Shown here: positions 10,284-19,510 of the stretch, piece after piece
How the letters are laid out: each line of letters starts with the position of its first letter
How positions within the stretch are numbered: the stretch's first letter is position 1
DNA from: Nannocystis pusilla
Lineage (GTDB): Bacteria > Myxococcota_A > Polyangia > Nannocystales > Nannocystaceae
Direction: 5' to 3' (one strand)
Length of the DNA: 64,000 bases
Assembly: GCF_051105105.1 (NCBI RefSeq)
Contig: NZ_CP185339.1
Program-made: the position numbers and the translations under genes
Notes under the pieces: model-generated
Database searches by the model: none
What the model was told of the DNA's origin: nothing
The model's input: only the letters and a program-made list of their open reading frames with translations

Positions 10284-11279
10284 ATGCCTCCCGTGCGCGA
10301 CCCGCGGGTGCTCACGGCTGGCCTGGCGGCCGCGCTCGCCTGCGGGGAGCCGGCGCCCGCGGCTGCGCCCGAGGAGGATGCGCCCGCACCGACCTCGCGC
10401 CCGCTCGTCCCCCGCGACCTCGACCGCACGCGTGGGTCCTCGCCGGCGTCTCGACCGACCGTCCATCGCGAGCCGATCGACGCCCGCGACCTCGACCTCC
10501 TGGCGCGCTGGCCCTCGCTCGCGCACTACCCCCGCGTCCCGCAGTCGCTCGCCGCGGGCCTGCGCGCCCGCGACCCCGCCGCGATCTTCCGCGGGATCGA
10601 GCTCGCCTTCGAGCCCGATCGCTGGACCGAGATCGACGCCTGGGAGCGCCTCGCCCATATCCGCCTCGGCGAGCCCGCGGGCTTCTGCCGCACCGACGCC
10701 GGCCGCCCCGTGCAGCTGTCCCCCGGGACATACGACCTCGGCTGCCTCGGCGGCTTCCTCGAGGGCGTCCGTCTGCTGTGGCTGCCGCGGCTCGAGCTCG
10801 CCGACCTCGTCCCCTGCGACCCGCCCGGCGGCTTCGAGTCGTGCCAGGACGGCGCCCACGCCGGGCGGGCCGCCCTCCTGCAGACAGCGGCCCGCCTGCC
10901 CGCGGACACCCTCCCGCACGGCCTCGAGCTGCTCGACCTGCGCCTCGCCGAGCTGGACCCCGAAGCCCTGCTCGCCGCCCTCGTCCCCGACGCGCTCCAC
11001 CTCTGCAGCGTCTCGCACCGGGCCAGCGCCCGCGGCGGCGAGCGCATGTACCATCACATGATGATCGTCGACCCCGCCCGCGATCGCCTCGGCCGCGTGC
11101 GCGTGTTCGACACCACCGGCGCCGCCGGCGTCGCCTGGCGGTCGATGCGACCCGAGCGCTTCCACGGCTACGCGCGCCGCCTCCTGGCCCGCCACGACGC
11201 CTTCCGCTACGACCCCGCGTCCGCCTGGCTCACCTGCCTCCCCGTGCGTCCGCCCGCGAGCGAAATCACAGGTCCATGA
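10284..11279 (+). CDS. Hypothetical lipoprotein
   Basis: Translation MPPVRDPRVLTAGLAAALACGEP gives a signal peptide with an ALAC lipobox. GC3 is high throughout. Confidence 0.55.
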   Translation: MPPVRDPRVLTAGLAAALACGEPAPAAAPEEDAPAPTSRPLVPRDLDRTRGSSPASRPTVHREPIDARDLDLLARWPSLAHYPRVPQSLAAGLRARDPAAIFRGIELAFEPDRWTEIDAWERLAHIRLGEPAGFCRTDAGRPVQLSPGTYDLGCLGGFLEGVRLLWLPRLELADLVPCDPPGGFESCQDGAHAGRAALLQTAARLPADTLPHGLELLDLRLAELDPEALLAALVPDALHLCSVSHRASARGGERMYHHMMIVDPARDRLGRVRVFDTTGAAGVAWRSMRPERFHGYARRLLARHDAFRYDPASAWLTCLPVRPPASEITGP

Positions 11280-11290
11280 GGACAGGTCCC
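11266..11290. repeat. Palindromic element (ACAGGTCC, GGACAGGTCCC) overlapping the sanA-like start
   Basis: Sequence cacaggtccatgaggacaggtcccATG. Confidence 0.55.
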
Positions 11291-11875
11291 ATGCGCCAGG
11301 TGCGAAAGTACATCCTCCGCCTCCTCGCCCTCCTGTGCGTCTGGGGCCTGGTCCACCTGGTCGTCATCGCCGTCGACGGGTGCACCGACGAGGACCGCCC
11401 CGCCAACGTCGCGGTCGTCCTCGGCAACCACGTCAGCCCCGCCGGCGAGCCCTCGCGCCGCCTCCAGCTGCGCCTCGACCGCGCCGCCGACCTGTACGCC
11501 GCCGGCCTCGCCCCGCGCCTCATCGTCAGCGGCGGCCAGGATCCCGGCAGCCCGCACGAGGCCGACGTCATGCGCGACTACCTGGTCGCGCGCGGCGTCC
11601 CGACCGAGCGGATCGCCGTCGACCGCGGCGGCGTCAACACCCACGCCACCGCCCGCTTCGTCGCCGCCGACCTGCGCGCCCGCGGCGAGCGCTCCGTCAT
11701 CGCCGTCAGCCAGTACTACCACGTCACCCGCGCCAAGCTGGCGCTGCGCCGCTTCGGCGTCGAGGCCACCGGCGCGCACGCTGACCTCGAGCTCGAGCCG
11801 CGCGAGCCGTGGTCGCTGCTGCGCGAGGTCGTCGGCTTCTACGCCTACCTGTTCAAGGACTACCGCCTCGACTGA
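11291..11875 (+). CDS. SanA/YdcF (DUF218) family membrane protein
   Basis: Translation MRQVRKYILRLLALLCVWGLVHL, then VVLGNHVSPAGEPSRRLQLRLDRAADLYAAGLAPRLIVSGG. Confidence 0.75.
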   Translation: MRQVRKYILRLLALLCVWGLVHLVVIAVDGCTDEDRPANVAVVLGNHVSPAGEPSRRLQLRLDRAADLYAAGLAPRLIVSGGQDPGSPHEADVMRDYLVARGVPTERIAVDRGGVNTHATARFVAADLRARGERSVIAVSQYYHVTRAKLALRRFGVEATGAHADLELEPREPWSLLREVVGFYAYLFKDYRLD

Positions 11876-11885
11876 TCGAGGCGCT

Positions 11886-11936
11886 CCCATGCCCGAGAGG
11901 ACATGTCCGTATGAACATGCCCTCCCGGACAGCCCG
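11886..11936. repeat. Palindromic decamer array (GGACATGTCC, GAACATGCCC, GGACAGCCC)
   Basis: Sits in the convergent gap between the sanA-like stop and the cyclase stop. Period is 14 nt. Confidence 0.75.
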
Positions 11937-11944
11937 CCGGTGAC

Positions 11945-13033
11945 TCAGAACTCGTCGAGGCCCTGGCCGAGCTCGACCCCGAGCGCCTCCTGGGCGGCGG
12001 TCGGGCACGGCGACGCGAAGCGCGACTCGTAGCGGGCCGCGAACTCGGCGTTGGCGACCATCGCCTGGTCGTCGGCCTGCAGCTCGGGGAGCAGCCCGCG
12101 GACCGCGAACACCTCGATCTCGCCGACGCTGCGGGTCACCGTCGTCTGCAGGAACTCGAGCGAGAAGAACGGCTCGATCAGCTGCCGGACCGCCCCCGAC
12201 ACGCACACCGAGTCGGGCTGGCCGACGCGCTCGACGTGGCTGGCGACGCTGACCGTGTCGCCCCACAGGTCGTAGACCGGCTTCTTCGAGCCGAGCACGC
12301 CGGAGATGCAGGGGCCCGAGTGGAGGCCGATGCGGAAGCTCCAGTCCCACTCGTCGACGATCGGCGTCAGCCCCGACGCCACCACCTGGGCGCAGCGCAG
12401 CGCCGCGAACGTCGCGTCGACGGCGTGCGACAGGCGGCGGTGAGGGATGCCCGAGACCGCCACGTACGTGTCGCCGGCGGTGCGCAGCTTCTCGACCCCG
12501 AACGCCGACGTGATCTGGTCGAAGGCCGAGAAGAAGAAGTCGAGCTGCTTGAGGCAGGTGACCGGGTCGACGCGGGCGGCCAGGCGCGAGAACTGGACCG
12601 CGTCGATGAACATCACCGTCGACTCGCGGTAGGCCTTGGGCTGGAGCCGCTCGCCGAGCGGCGCCGCCGACTCGCGCGGCAGCACCGCCAGCGCCAGGCT
12701 CTTGTCGAGCAGGGTCGCGGTCGCCAGCTGCGACGCCAGCGCCCGCGGCGAGCGGATGGCGACGCCCACCGCCAGCACCCCGTCGGAGGGCTCCAAGGAC
12801 AGGTCCCATGCGACAGGTCCTTCGGGCCAGGGATTCTCGGGCACCGCCTTGCCGCTGCTCTCGGCCAGGCTGCGCAGGAACGCCGGCGACGCGGCGCCGA
12901 ACAGCGCGCCGAGGCTGGGCGCGCCGGGGCGAGCCGCCAGCCACCGGGCCGCCGCCGGCGACGCCGGGGTCACCTTGCCGTCGGCATCGACGCGCAGCGC
13001 GATCGACTCCACCAGCTCGAGGATGGCCACCAT
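11945..13033 (-). CDS. Class III adenylate/guanylate cyclase (CHD domain) with an N-terminal sensor-like domain
   Basis: CHD motifs are present: STVMFIDAVQFSRL, RTAGDTYVAVSG and GLHSGPCISGVLGSKKPVYDLWGDTVSVASHVE. The start codon directly abuts the stop of the DUF1987-like gene upstream. Confidence 0.85.
   Translation of the reverse strand: MVAILELVESIALRVDADGKVTPASPAAARWLAARPGAPSLGALFGAASPAFLRSLAESSGKAVPENPWPEGPVAWDLSLEPSDGVLAVGVAIRSPRALASQLATATLLDKSLALAVLPRESAAPLGERLQPKAYRESTVMFIDAVQFSRLAARVDPVTCLKQLDFFFSAFDQITSAFGVEKLRTAGDTYVAVSGIPHRRLSHAVDATFAALRCAQVVASGLTPIVDEWDWSFRIGLHSGPCISGVLGSKKPVYDLWGDTVSVASHVERVGQPDSVCVSGAVRQLIEPFFSLEFLQTTVTRSVGEIEVFAVRGLLPELQADDQAMVANAEFAARYESRFASPCPTAAQEALGVELGQGLDEF
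12794..12835. repeat. Palindromic element copy (GGACAGGTCC twice) embedded in-frame in the cyclase CDS
   Basis: Encodes WPEGPVAWDLSLE using low-GC3 codons: gaa gga cct gtc gca tgg gac ctg tcc ttg. Confidence 0.55.
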
Positions 13034-13034
13034 G

Positions 13035-13442
13035 TCAGAACTCTCGCACGTCCTCGAAGGTCGTCCGGGCGGCGATGGTCTCCTCGTCGAGGTTGAGCAG
13101 GATCGGCAGCGTCTCCTGCTGCCAATCGTCCTCCTGCAGGCGGCGGACCAGCACCGGCCCGGGCAGCAGCAGGTAGACCAGCTCGACGATGTCCATGATC
13201 ACATAGAAGCCGTTGGAGTTGCAGAACTCGAGCTCGGTGAAGTCGAGCACGCTGCGCTGGATCTCGCGCTTCGGCAAGATCTCGCGCAGGTCCTGCAGCA
13301 GGGCCGACAGATAGCGATAGGGGTTGTCGATCCGGACCACGCCCGAGAACGTGAGGGAGAAGTTCCCCTCGTCCTCGCGGGCGACGCAGTGGAACACACT
13401 GACGCCGCCGTCCATGATCTCGCCGTAGGTGAGGACGTTCAT
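13035..13442 (-). CDS. DUF1987 (SiaC-like) partner-switch protein
   Basis: 135 aa, starting MNVLTYGEIMDGGVSVFHCV. The segment LEFCNSNGFYVIMDIVELV parallels the LNTSSIKAMMDILDLL region of SiaC as recalled from the literature. Its ATG overlaps the upstream stop as ATGA. Confidence 0.65.
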   Translation of the reverse strand: MNVLTYGEIMDGGVSVFHCVAREDEGNFSLTFSGVVRIDNPYRYLSALLQDLREILPKREIQRSVLDFTELEFCNSNGFYVIMDIVELVYLLLPGPVLVRRLQEDDWQQETLPILLNLDEETIAARTTFEDVREF

Positions 13443-13954
13443 TGCGCACCTCGCAAAGGAAACACCGCCTGCATCGTCAAGTTCTCGCCCGAGTATGTCG
13501 CGGTCAAGCGGAAGCGGTTCTCGGACACCAGGCGGATGAGGCCGAGCCCGCCGCGCAGCCGCTGCATGCGGCGGGCGCGGAGCGTGTCGGCGAACAGGCG
13601 CTTGGGGTCGGTCGCCGTCGTCAGCCGTTCGACGCGGTCCTTGACGTCCTGGTACTGCTCGAAGGTCGCCTTGTTGGTGACCTGGACCTGCAGCGCGTCG
13701 CCGTCGATGCGCAGGTCGACGCGCATCTGGCTGCCCGGATCGCTGACGTTGTCGATCACGTTCTGGACCAGCTCGGTGATGACCACGTTGGCCTTCTTGC
13801 ACAGCGCCTGCGGGTAGAACACCGTCAGCATCGCCAGCAGCGACTCGCCGACGGTCGTCGCCAGGTTACCGCGCGCGTCGCCCATCGGCGCGACCGTCAG
13901 CGTCAGGCCGACGCTGGTCGTGATCGGTTCATCGTCGAACTCGTGCTCGCTCAC
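13439..13954 (-). CDS. HATPase_c Ser/Thr kinase or anti-sigma-factor-like protein (SiaB/RsbW-like)
   Basis: Translation ELVQNVIDN...GGLGLIRL. The GTG start overlaps the PP2C stop as GTGA. Confidence 0.75.
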   Translation of the reverse strand: MSEHEFDDEPITTSVGLTLTVAPMGDARGNLATTVGESLLAMLTVFYPQALCKKANVVITELVQNVIDNVSDPGSQMRVDLRIDGDALQVQVTNKATFEQYQDVKDRVERLTTATDPKRLFADTLRARRMQRLRGGLGLIRLVSENRFRLTATYSGENLTMQAVFPLRGAQ

Positions 13955-14877
13955 GCCGCCCGCCTCCGCAGCACGATGAGGGTGATGTCGTCGGCGTCGA
14001 CGCGACGGAACTGCCCGTAGTCGTCGAGGCACCGCTGAAGGATCTGATTGGCCGGCAGCTCCGCGTTGGTGCGCACGAGCTCGTGCAGCCGGCGAGTGCT
14101 GTAGTCGGCGCCCGCGCTGTCCTGCGCCTCGACCATGCCGTCGGTGTACAGCGCCAGCACGTCACCTGTCTCGAAGGGCAGCTCGTACTCGCTGTAAGCG
14201 CGGCGGCGCAGGCCGATGAACGGGTCGCCCTTGTTGAACGTGTGGACCTCGCCGCCGCGGACCAGCACCCCGTAGCCGCCGCCGCACACGTAGCGGAACG
14301 TGCGCTCGCCGAACGCGACGAAGTTGACGGTGGCGTAGCGGCGGACCTCGCGGAGGAACCCGACGGTCGCGTTGTTGAGGTACTCGACGATGTCGCGCGG
14401 GCGCGACACCTGCTCCATCGTCTGGACCAGCTGGGCCTTGAGGTAGGCCATGATCAGCGCCGCCGACACCCCGTGGCCGGAGATGTCGAACACGCCGATC
14501 GCGTGGCTGCCGTCGCGCAGGCGGTAGAAGTCGTAGTAGTCGCCGCCGACCTCGGTCATCTGCTTGTGGTAGACCGAGAACTCGAAGCGCGCGAGCATCT
14601 CCGGGTGGTCCTTCGGCAGCAGCGCGTGCTGGACCTGCTGGGCGATCTCGAGGTCCTGGCGGATGGTCTGGTAGGCGCGGGCCAGCTCGCGCTCCTGCTC
14701 GTCGAGCCGCTCGTACGCGGTGCGCAGGTTGTCGTTGGTCGCCTGCCAGTAGGCCGTGTCGCGCTCGACCCGCTTGAGCAGGCCCTTGTACATCCAGAAC
14801 AGCTTGCGCATGTCCTCGCGCGACAGCTCGGACAGGCGGTCGGGGTCTCGCCCCTCGAGGATCTCGTCGAGCGTCAT
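13951..14877 (-). CDS. PP2C-type Ser/Thr phosphatase (SiaA/RsbU-like) with an N-terminal coiled coil
   Basis: PP2C (SpoIIE family) motifs GGDYYDF, FDISGHGVSAAL and LYTDGMVEAQD. The start lies 1 nt after the upstream stop. Confidence 0.85.
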   Translation of the reverse strand: MTLDEILEGRDPDRLSELSREDMRKLFWMYKGLLKRVERDTAYWQATNDNLRTAYERLDEQERELARAYQTIRQDLEIAQQVQHALLPKDHPEMLARFEFSVYHKQMTEVGGDYYDFYRLRDGSHAIGVFDISGHGVSAALIMAYLKAQLVQTMEQVSRPRDIVEYLNNATVGFLREVRRYATVNFVAFGERTFRYVCGGGYGVLVRGGEVHTFNKGDPFIGLRRRAYSEYELPFETGDVLALYTDGMVEAQDSAGADYSTRRLHELVRTNAELPANQILQRCLDDYGQFRRVDADDITLIVLRRRAA

Positions 14878-14878
14878 C

Positions 14879-15421
14879 TCAGTGGAACTCCACCACGAGC
14901 CGGTTGGGGTCGCCGTCGTTGGTCACGTCGACGTAGTAGAGGTCGCCGGGCGCCATCACCCCGCCGATCAGCACGCCGCGCTCGATCGTCTTGTCGAACG
15001 GCGTGGACGAGCGGATCACGGCGTGGCCGCGCTCCGAGTCGAACTCGGCCAGGTCGAACGAGCCGACCACCTCGCGCGGGCCGCGGATGACGCTGGCGAT
15101 GCCGTGGCTGCCGGTCTGAAAGTGCAGGAAGTCGGCGCCACGGTGGATGAGCGCCTTGCCGGGCCCGCCGTGGTACCACAGCCGCATCATCTCGATGCCG
15201 AGCTTGAGCCGGATCGGCTCGACGTTGGCGTACGACTCGCCGACCATCCGCTCGATCTCCATCCACTTCGACAGCGGGAACCACCGCCCCATGTCGATGT
15301 CGGCCAGCAGCGCTGTGGCTCGGCGACCGGCCACGATGTTGAGGTTGACGCACGCCTGGGCGAAGCCGCCCATCAGCGCCCCGTGGACCACCGGCTCGCT
15401 CGGCTCGCTCGGCTCGCTCAT
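14879..15421 (-). CDS. Hypothetical 180 aa protein, possibly a ligand-binding sensor
   Basis: Translation MSEPSEPSEPVVHGALMGGFAQAC. GC3 is high, and the start overlaps the GRAS-like stop as ATGA. Confidence 0.65.
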   Translation of the reverse strand: MSEPSEPSEPVVHGALMGGFAQACVNLNIVAGRRATALLADIDMGRWFPLSKWMEIERMVGESYANVEPIRLKLGIEMMRLWYHGGPGKALIHRGADFLHFQTGSHGIASVIRGPREVVGSFDLAEFDSERGHAVIRSSTPFDKTIERGVLIGGVMAPGDLYYVDVTNDGDPNRLVVEFH

Positions 15422-16512
15422 CCCGCCTCCCCCGCGAACGCGAACACCGCGATGATCGGCACCCCGCGGTAGGACAGCCGCACGAGCCCGGAGCTGACCG
15501 AGGAGCGGCAGTACTCGGGCAGGTCGACGTCGAGGTCGATCGCCGGGTACGGCACGAAGCCCGACTTCTTCAGCCGGAGCAGCCACGACTCGAGCGTCTC
15601 GTGGCGCTCGGTGCGGAAGGCGTCGCTGGTGCCGAGGATGTCGCGGACCTCGCGGCCGAAGAAGCCCTCCTTGATGGCGAACTTCTCGTCGGGGGACGCG
15701 TCGCTGCGGTCGACCAGGTCGAACACCGTCGCGAAGTGCTGCCAACAGTGGTGCATGCGCCGGGTCAGGTGCTCGGTGTCGTGGTCCGAGCTCGGCTCGA
15801 CCAGCGTGAACACCCGCGGCCTCAGGGCCCGCAGCCGCCGCAGCAGGCGGGTGCGCGCGTCGCTGTCGGGGCCCGTGGTGTGGTGCAGCGTGTAGGCCGC
15901 GTTGATCGACAAGCTCCCCTCGGCGAGCGCCTCGAAGTGCGCGTAGTCGGCATCCTCGCAGACCTCGATCAGCTTGACCAGCGGATAGATCTCGATGTCG
16001 AACGGCAGCTCGGCGCGGACCTCGTCGATCGCGGCCACGCCCTCGTTCAGGGCGGTGCGGTTGGGCTCGAGCGCGATCACGCGGAGGCGCTCGATCTTGC
16101 CGGGGTCGCGCGCGAGCGCCCGCAGCAGCGCGACGATCTGCAGGCCCTTGCCGATCCCGATCTCGAGCAGCGCCGGCGTGCTCGACTGCCGCATCGCGTG
16201 CACGAGGTACTGGTTGGCCAGCGCGTAGCCCTGCGGCACCGCCGGGATCGCCCGCTGCAGCAGCGTGAACAGGTCGATCTGCGGCCGCTTCTCGGCTTGC
16301 AGGTACAAGTTCCGCCCCGACAGCAGGTTGCGGTCGATCCGTCGCAACAGCGACTCGGCGACGATGTGGGACAACAGCGCGTCGCTCGGGACATCGACGT
16401 CGAGGGCGTCGAGGAGCTGGCTCGCTATCACCGTCTTGGCGACCTGCTCGCGATGCCGGCGAATGTCCTGGCACGCGGCCAAAATCAGCTTGTAGCGGTC
16501 CTCGTAGAGCAT
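15418..16512 (-). CDS. Bacterial GRAS-like domain protein (Rossmann-fold, methyltransferase-related)
   Basis: A VHIID-like block reads ALLEIGIGKGLQIVALLRALARDPGKIERLRVIALEP, and a SAW-like C-terminus reads RTERHETLESWLLRLKKSGFVPYP. The start is placed at MLYEDRYK because upstream codons have low GC3. Confidence 0.6.
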   Translation of the reverse strand: MLYEDRYKLILAACQDIRRHREQVAKTVIASQLLDALDVDVPSDALLSHIVAESLLRRIDRNLLSGRNLYLQAEKRPQIDLFTLLQRAIPAVPQGYALANQYLVHAMRQSSTPALLEIGIGKGLQIVALLRALARDPGKIERLRVIALEPNRTALNEGVAAIDEVRAELPFDIEIYPLVKLIEVCEDADYAHFEALAEGSLSINAAYTLHHTTGPDSDARTRLLRRLRALRPRVFTLVEPSSDHDTEHLTRRMHHCWQHFATVFDLVDRSDASPDEKFAIKEGFFGREVRDILGTSDAFRTERHETLESWLLRLKKSGFVPYPAIDLDVDLPEYCRSSVSSGLVRLSYRGVPIIAVFAFAGEAG

Positions 16513-16805
16513 GCGCCGCAGACTGAAGGTCACACAGGGGATCCGCCTTGGCAAGCTGATGCGCACCCGATCGTGGCCGAGAAGATTATCTCGGCCCTCG
16601 CGCGGAAACGCGCCGCGTAGCCTGGCGCAGGCCCCGTCGGCCTCTGTCTCAAAGACCACCCAGCGGCGCTACCGGACCGCGGGCCACTGCGCAGGTCGCG
16701 TGCGGCAGAGGACCGTGACGCACACGACGGACTGCATCTTGAGACATGGTCCGAAAACCATGACGCGGCGCGGCGAATCCGGCAGAAAGTGGCCGAAAGC
16801 AGGCC

Positions 16806-17333
16806 TCACGCGGCGGCGGCGCCGCCAGCCATCTGCACCTCTGCAGCGGCGCTCGCCAGCGATCGCAGCTCGAGCCCGACCTCGAAGCTCAGCGCGGTCG
16901 CACCGACGCGGCCGCGCTGGCTCTCGCGGTGGACTTCGACGGCGAGCGTCACGTGCGTCGCATTCGGTACTCTGCCGCTGCGGAAGCGCACCGTCGCGAT
17001 CGCAGTCAGCGGCTCCCCCACCAGCACCTCACCGAAGCGCCGCACGCGGCTGATGCTGCGCAGCGTCAGCGCAACGTCGCGGAACGGCTCGCTGTGGGCC
17101 AGGGCCGACAGCGCCCGACCGAACGCGACCGGCAGCGGACAAACTCGACCCCACGGCTCGGGCGCGCCGCCGCCGGACACGCTCCCGGTCGACAGCATCT
17201 CCTCTCCGCAACCCACTACCTGTCCCAAGAAGCTGGACTCCACATGCGCAGTCAGATCGGCCGGCTTCACCGTGAAGGTGGAAGTCGTCAAGACCGTTCC
17301 GACGCTGAGAGATCCGAGATCGTGTGCGAGCAT
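16806..17333 (-). CDS. Hypothetical protein with atypical codon usage
   Basis: 175 aa ORF in a locally lower-GC stretch. GC3 is lower than in neighbouring genes, so coding status is uncertain. Confidence 0.3.
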   Translation of the reverse strand: MLAHDLGSLSVGTVLTTSTFTVKPADLTAHVESSFLGQVVGCGEEMLSTGSVSGGGAPEPWGRVCPLPVAFGRALSALAHSEPFRDVALTLRSISRVRRFGEVLVGEPLTAIATVRFRSGRVPNATHVTLAVEVHRESQRGRVGATALSFEVGLELRSLASAAAEVQMAGGAAAA

Positions 17334-17612
17334 GACGCGGCCTCCTTGGAATTAGCGTGCCGCCCACTGCCGCGATTTGCACGCCAGATCACGTCCAGCG
17401 ACGATGTGTGCGTCTTCCTCCGCCGTGGATCGCGAGCATCGCCGCAGATCCGGCGAATTTCTCGGCGTCGGCGCCGATCGTGCGCATGACCGCCTGCTTG
17501 CATCGGACGGCGAAATGATCTTCACACGCCTCCTGTGCTGCGAATTCGACGCGATCTCCAGCGCGATCTCTTGCGCGTGCAACAACGACGGCGGTTCACA
17601 CGACCTCTCCGT

Positions 17613-18251
17613 GTGCTCCTCGACTTCATCGCGCCGCCGGTGTGCATCGCCTGTCGTCACCTCCTCCGGGCCCCGCCGGTCGGGGGCGTGCCGCCCCTGT
17701 GCAGTCGCTGCGCCCCCGAGCTCGCGCTGCTCGACCCGGCCGCGCGGCGCGTCGGCGCCGTCGAGGCCTGCTTCCTTTATGACGGCCCGCTCGCCGCCGC
17801 CGTCCGGCGGCTCAAGTTCGTCGGCGAGCTCGAGCTCGCCGGGCCGCTGGGCCGGCTCCTCGCCCACGCGCCGGTGTGGCGCGAGGGCTGGGATCTCGTC
17901 GCGCCGGTGCCTCTGCACTGGCGCCGCGCCCTCGCCCGCGGCTTCGACCAGGCCGCCTTGCTGGCTCGCTGGGCCGCCCGCGAGCACCCGACCGGCGCCC
18001 GCCTCGAGCCGCGCCTCCTGCAGCGCACGCGCGCCACGGCGCCGCAGAGCGAGCTCGACGGTCCGGCGCGCCGCGACAACCTCGCGGGCGCGGTCGTCGT
18101 GCGAGCCGGGCGGTCGCTCGTCGGCCGGCGGGTCCTCGTGGTCGACGACGTGACCACCACCGGCGCCACCCTGACCGCCTGCATCGCCGCCATACGGGCC
18201 GCAGGGGCCGCCCGCGCCGCCGGGCTTGCCCTCCTGCGGTCCGCTTTGTAG
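17613..18251 (+). CDS. ComF family protein (double zinc ribbon plus phosphoribosyltransferase domain)
   Basis: Zinc-ribbon pattern PPVCIACRHLL...LCSRCAPEL, and a PRTase motif RRVLVVDDVTTTGATL. The GTG start is placed where GC3 rises. Confidence 0.75.
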   Translation: MLLDFIAPPVCIACRHLLRAPPVGGVPPLCSRCAPELALLDPAARRVGAVEACFLYDGPLAAAVRRLKFVGELELAGPLGRLLAHAPVWREGWDLVAPVPLHWRRALARGFDQAALLARWAAREHPTGARLEPRLLQRTRATAPQSELDGPARRDNLAGAVVVRAGRSLVGRRVLVVDDVTTTGATLTACIAAIRAAGAARAAGLALLRSAL

Positions 18252-18266
18252 CTTTCCACCCCCGCC

Positions 18267-18743
18267 GTGAAGAAGACCGACAAGACCGCGACGAAGGACG
18301 GCCACATCTTCGTCCAGAACCGCCGAGCCACCTTCGAGTACGAGGTCCTCGAGCGCTACGAGGCCGGCCTCGCGCTCATGGGCAGCGAGGTCAAGTCGAT
18401 CCGCGACGGCCGCGCCAGCCTGGGCGAGTCGTACTGCCAGTTCCAGGGCGACCAGCTCTTCCTCTATCAATCGCACATCGGCGAGTACACGCAGGCGCAC
18501 GACCGCAACCACCTGCCGCTGCGCCCGCGCAAGCTGCTGCTGCACCGCAAGGAGCTCGACCACCTGACCGAGGCGGTCGACCAGGCCGGGCTCACGCTGA
18601 TCCCCCTGGCGCTGCTGGCCCGCAACGGCCGGATCAAGCTCGAGATGGCGCTGTGCCGCGGCAAGAAGACCTACGACAAGCGGGCCTCGATCAAGGAGCG
18701 CGAGCAGAAGCGTGAGATCGAGCGGGCCATCCGGGAGCGGTGA
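18267..18743 (+). CDS. smpB: SsrA-binding protein SmpB
   Basis: Translation IFVQNRRATFEYEVLERYEAGLALMGSEVKSIRDGRASLGESY matches the SmpB signature. The start is GTG. Confidence 0.9.
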   Translation: MKKTDKTATKDGHIFVQNRRATFEYEVLERYEAGLALMGSEVKSIRDGRASLGESYCQFQGDQLFLYQSHIGEYTQAHDRNHLPLRPRKLLLHRKELDHLTEAVDQAGLTLIPLALLARNGRIKLEMALCRGKKTYDKRASIKEREQKREIERAIRER

Positions 18744-18744
18744 C

Positions 18745-19488
18745 GTGAGCGGCCGGCGCTCGGACGGACCTGTCCCATCGGACACCCTCGCGGCCCTCGA
18801 CCGCGCCCGCGATCAGCCCGGCCCGCACCTCTGGTTGGTCCCCAGCCCGCCCGCCGCCGGCGACGCCGACGAGGCCCTGCGCGAGCTCGACGACCTGCTC
18901 GTCCGCGGCGAGCTCGACGAGCCCGCCGTCGCTCGCCTGGTGGCCCTGGCGCCGCGCGCCCCGGGCCGCCTACGGGCCGTCGTCGCCGCCCTCGCGGCCG
19001 CCGGCAGCCCCGCCGCGGTGGCCGGCCTGCTCACCCTGCCGCAGGTCCCCGGCGCGCTCGCGGCGGCGGCCCGCGCCCTCGCCCGCGGCCTCACCCGCGC
19101 CCTGCCCGGCTCCGCCGCCGCCCCGGTGTTCTTCGCCCTCGACTTCCGCGGCTCGCGGGCGCGGCCGTTCCCCGACCTGCTGCGGCGCGCCCAGCTCGTC
19201 GCCGCCGATCCGAGCGGCGCCCTGCGCCTCAACGTCCTCCGCGTCGACGGCAAGCCCGCCTATCGCCTGTCCTTTTGGCCAGACACGATCCCGCCGCGCC
19301 CGCGCGCCGAGCTCGCCCGCGCCTGCGCCGCCGACCTCGCGCTGCTCCACGGCCGCCTCGCGCGCCTCCGCGGCGCCCGCCTGTGGCTGAACGGCTTCTG
19401 CTTCCCTGACGACGGCCCGGTGTCGGTCGCCGCCCAGGGCCACCTGCTGGCCGCGTGGCTGACATGGTCCGAGGGACATGCGCCGTGA
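18745..19488 (+). CDS. Hypothetical protein, coupled upstream of the AAA ATPase gene
   Basis: GC3 is high. A GTG start overlaps the smpB stop; the first codons contain a GGACCTGTCC element, so the exact start is uncertain. Confidence 0.5.
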   Translation: MSGRRSDGPVPSDTLAALDRARDQPGPHLWLVPSPPAAGDADEALRELDDLLVRGELDEPAVARLVALAPRAPGRLRAVVAALAAAGSPAAVAGLLTLPQVPGALAAAARALARGLTRALPGSAAAPVFFALDFRGSRARPFPDLLRRAQLVAADPSGALRLNVLRVDGKPAYRLSFWPDTIPPRPRAELARACAADLALLHGRLARLRGARLWLNGFCFPDDGPVSVAAQGHLLAAWLTWSEGHAP

Positions 19489-19510
19489 GACATGACCTGA
19501 AGGACACCCC
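19461..19510. repeat. Palindromic decamer array (GACATGGTCC, GGGACATGCGC, AGACATGACC, GGACACCCC)
   Basis: Spans the junction between the hypothetical gene and the AAA ATPase gene. Period is 14 nt. Confidence 0.65.

Noticed and set aside
13433-13442. Plus-strand GACGTTC at the DUF1987-like start (coding strand ATGAACGTC) considered as a sixth extra-base event
   Set aside because: Removing a base would destroy both the ATGA-coupled start and the high-GC3 frame of the gene. It is most likely the native sequence encoding Met-Asn-Val.
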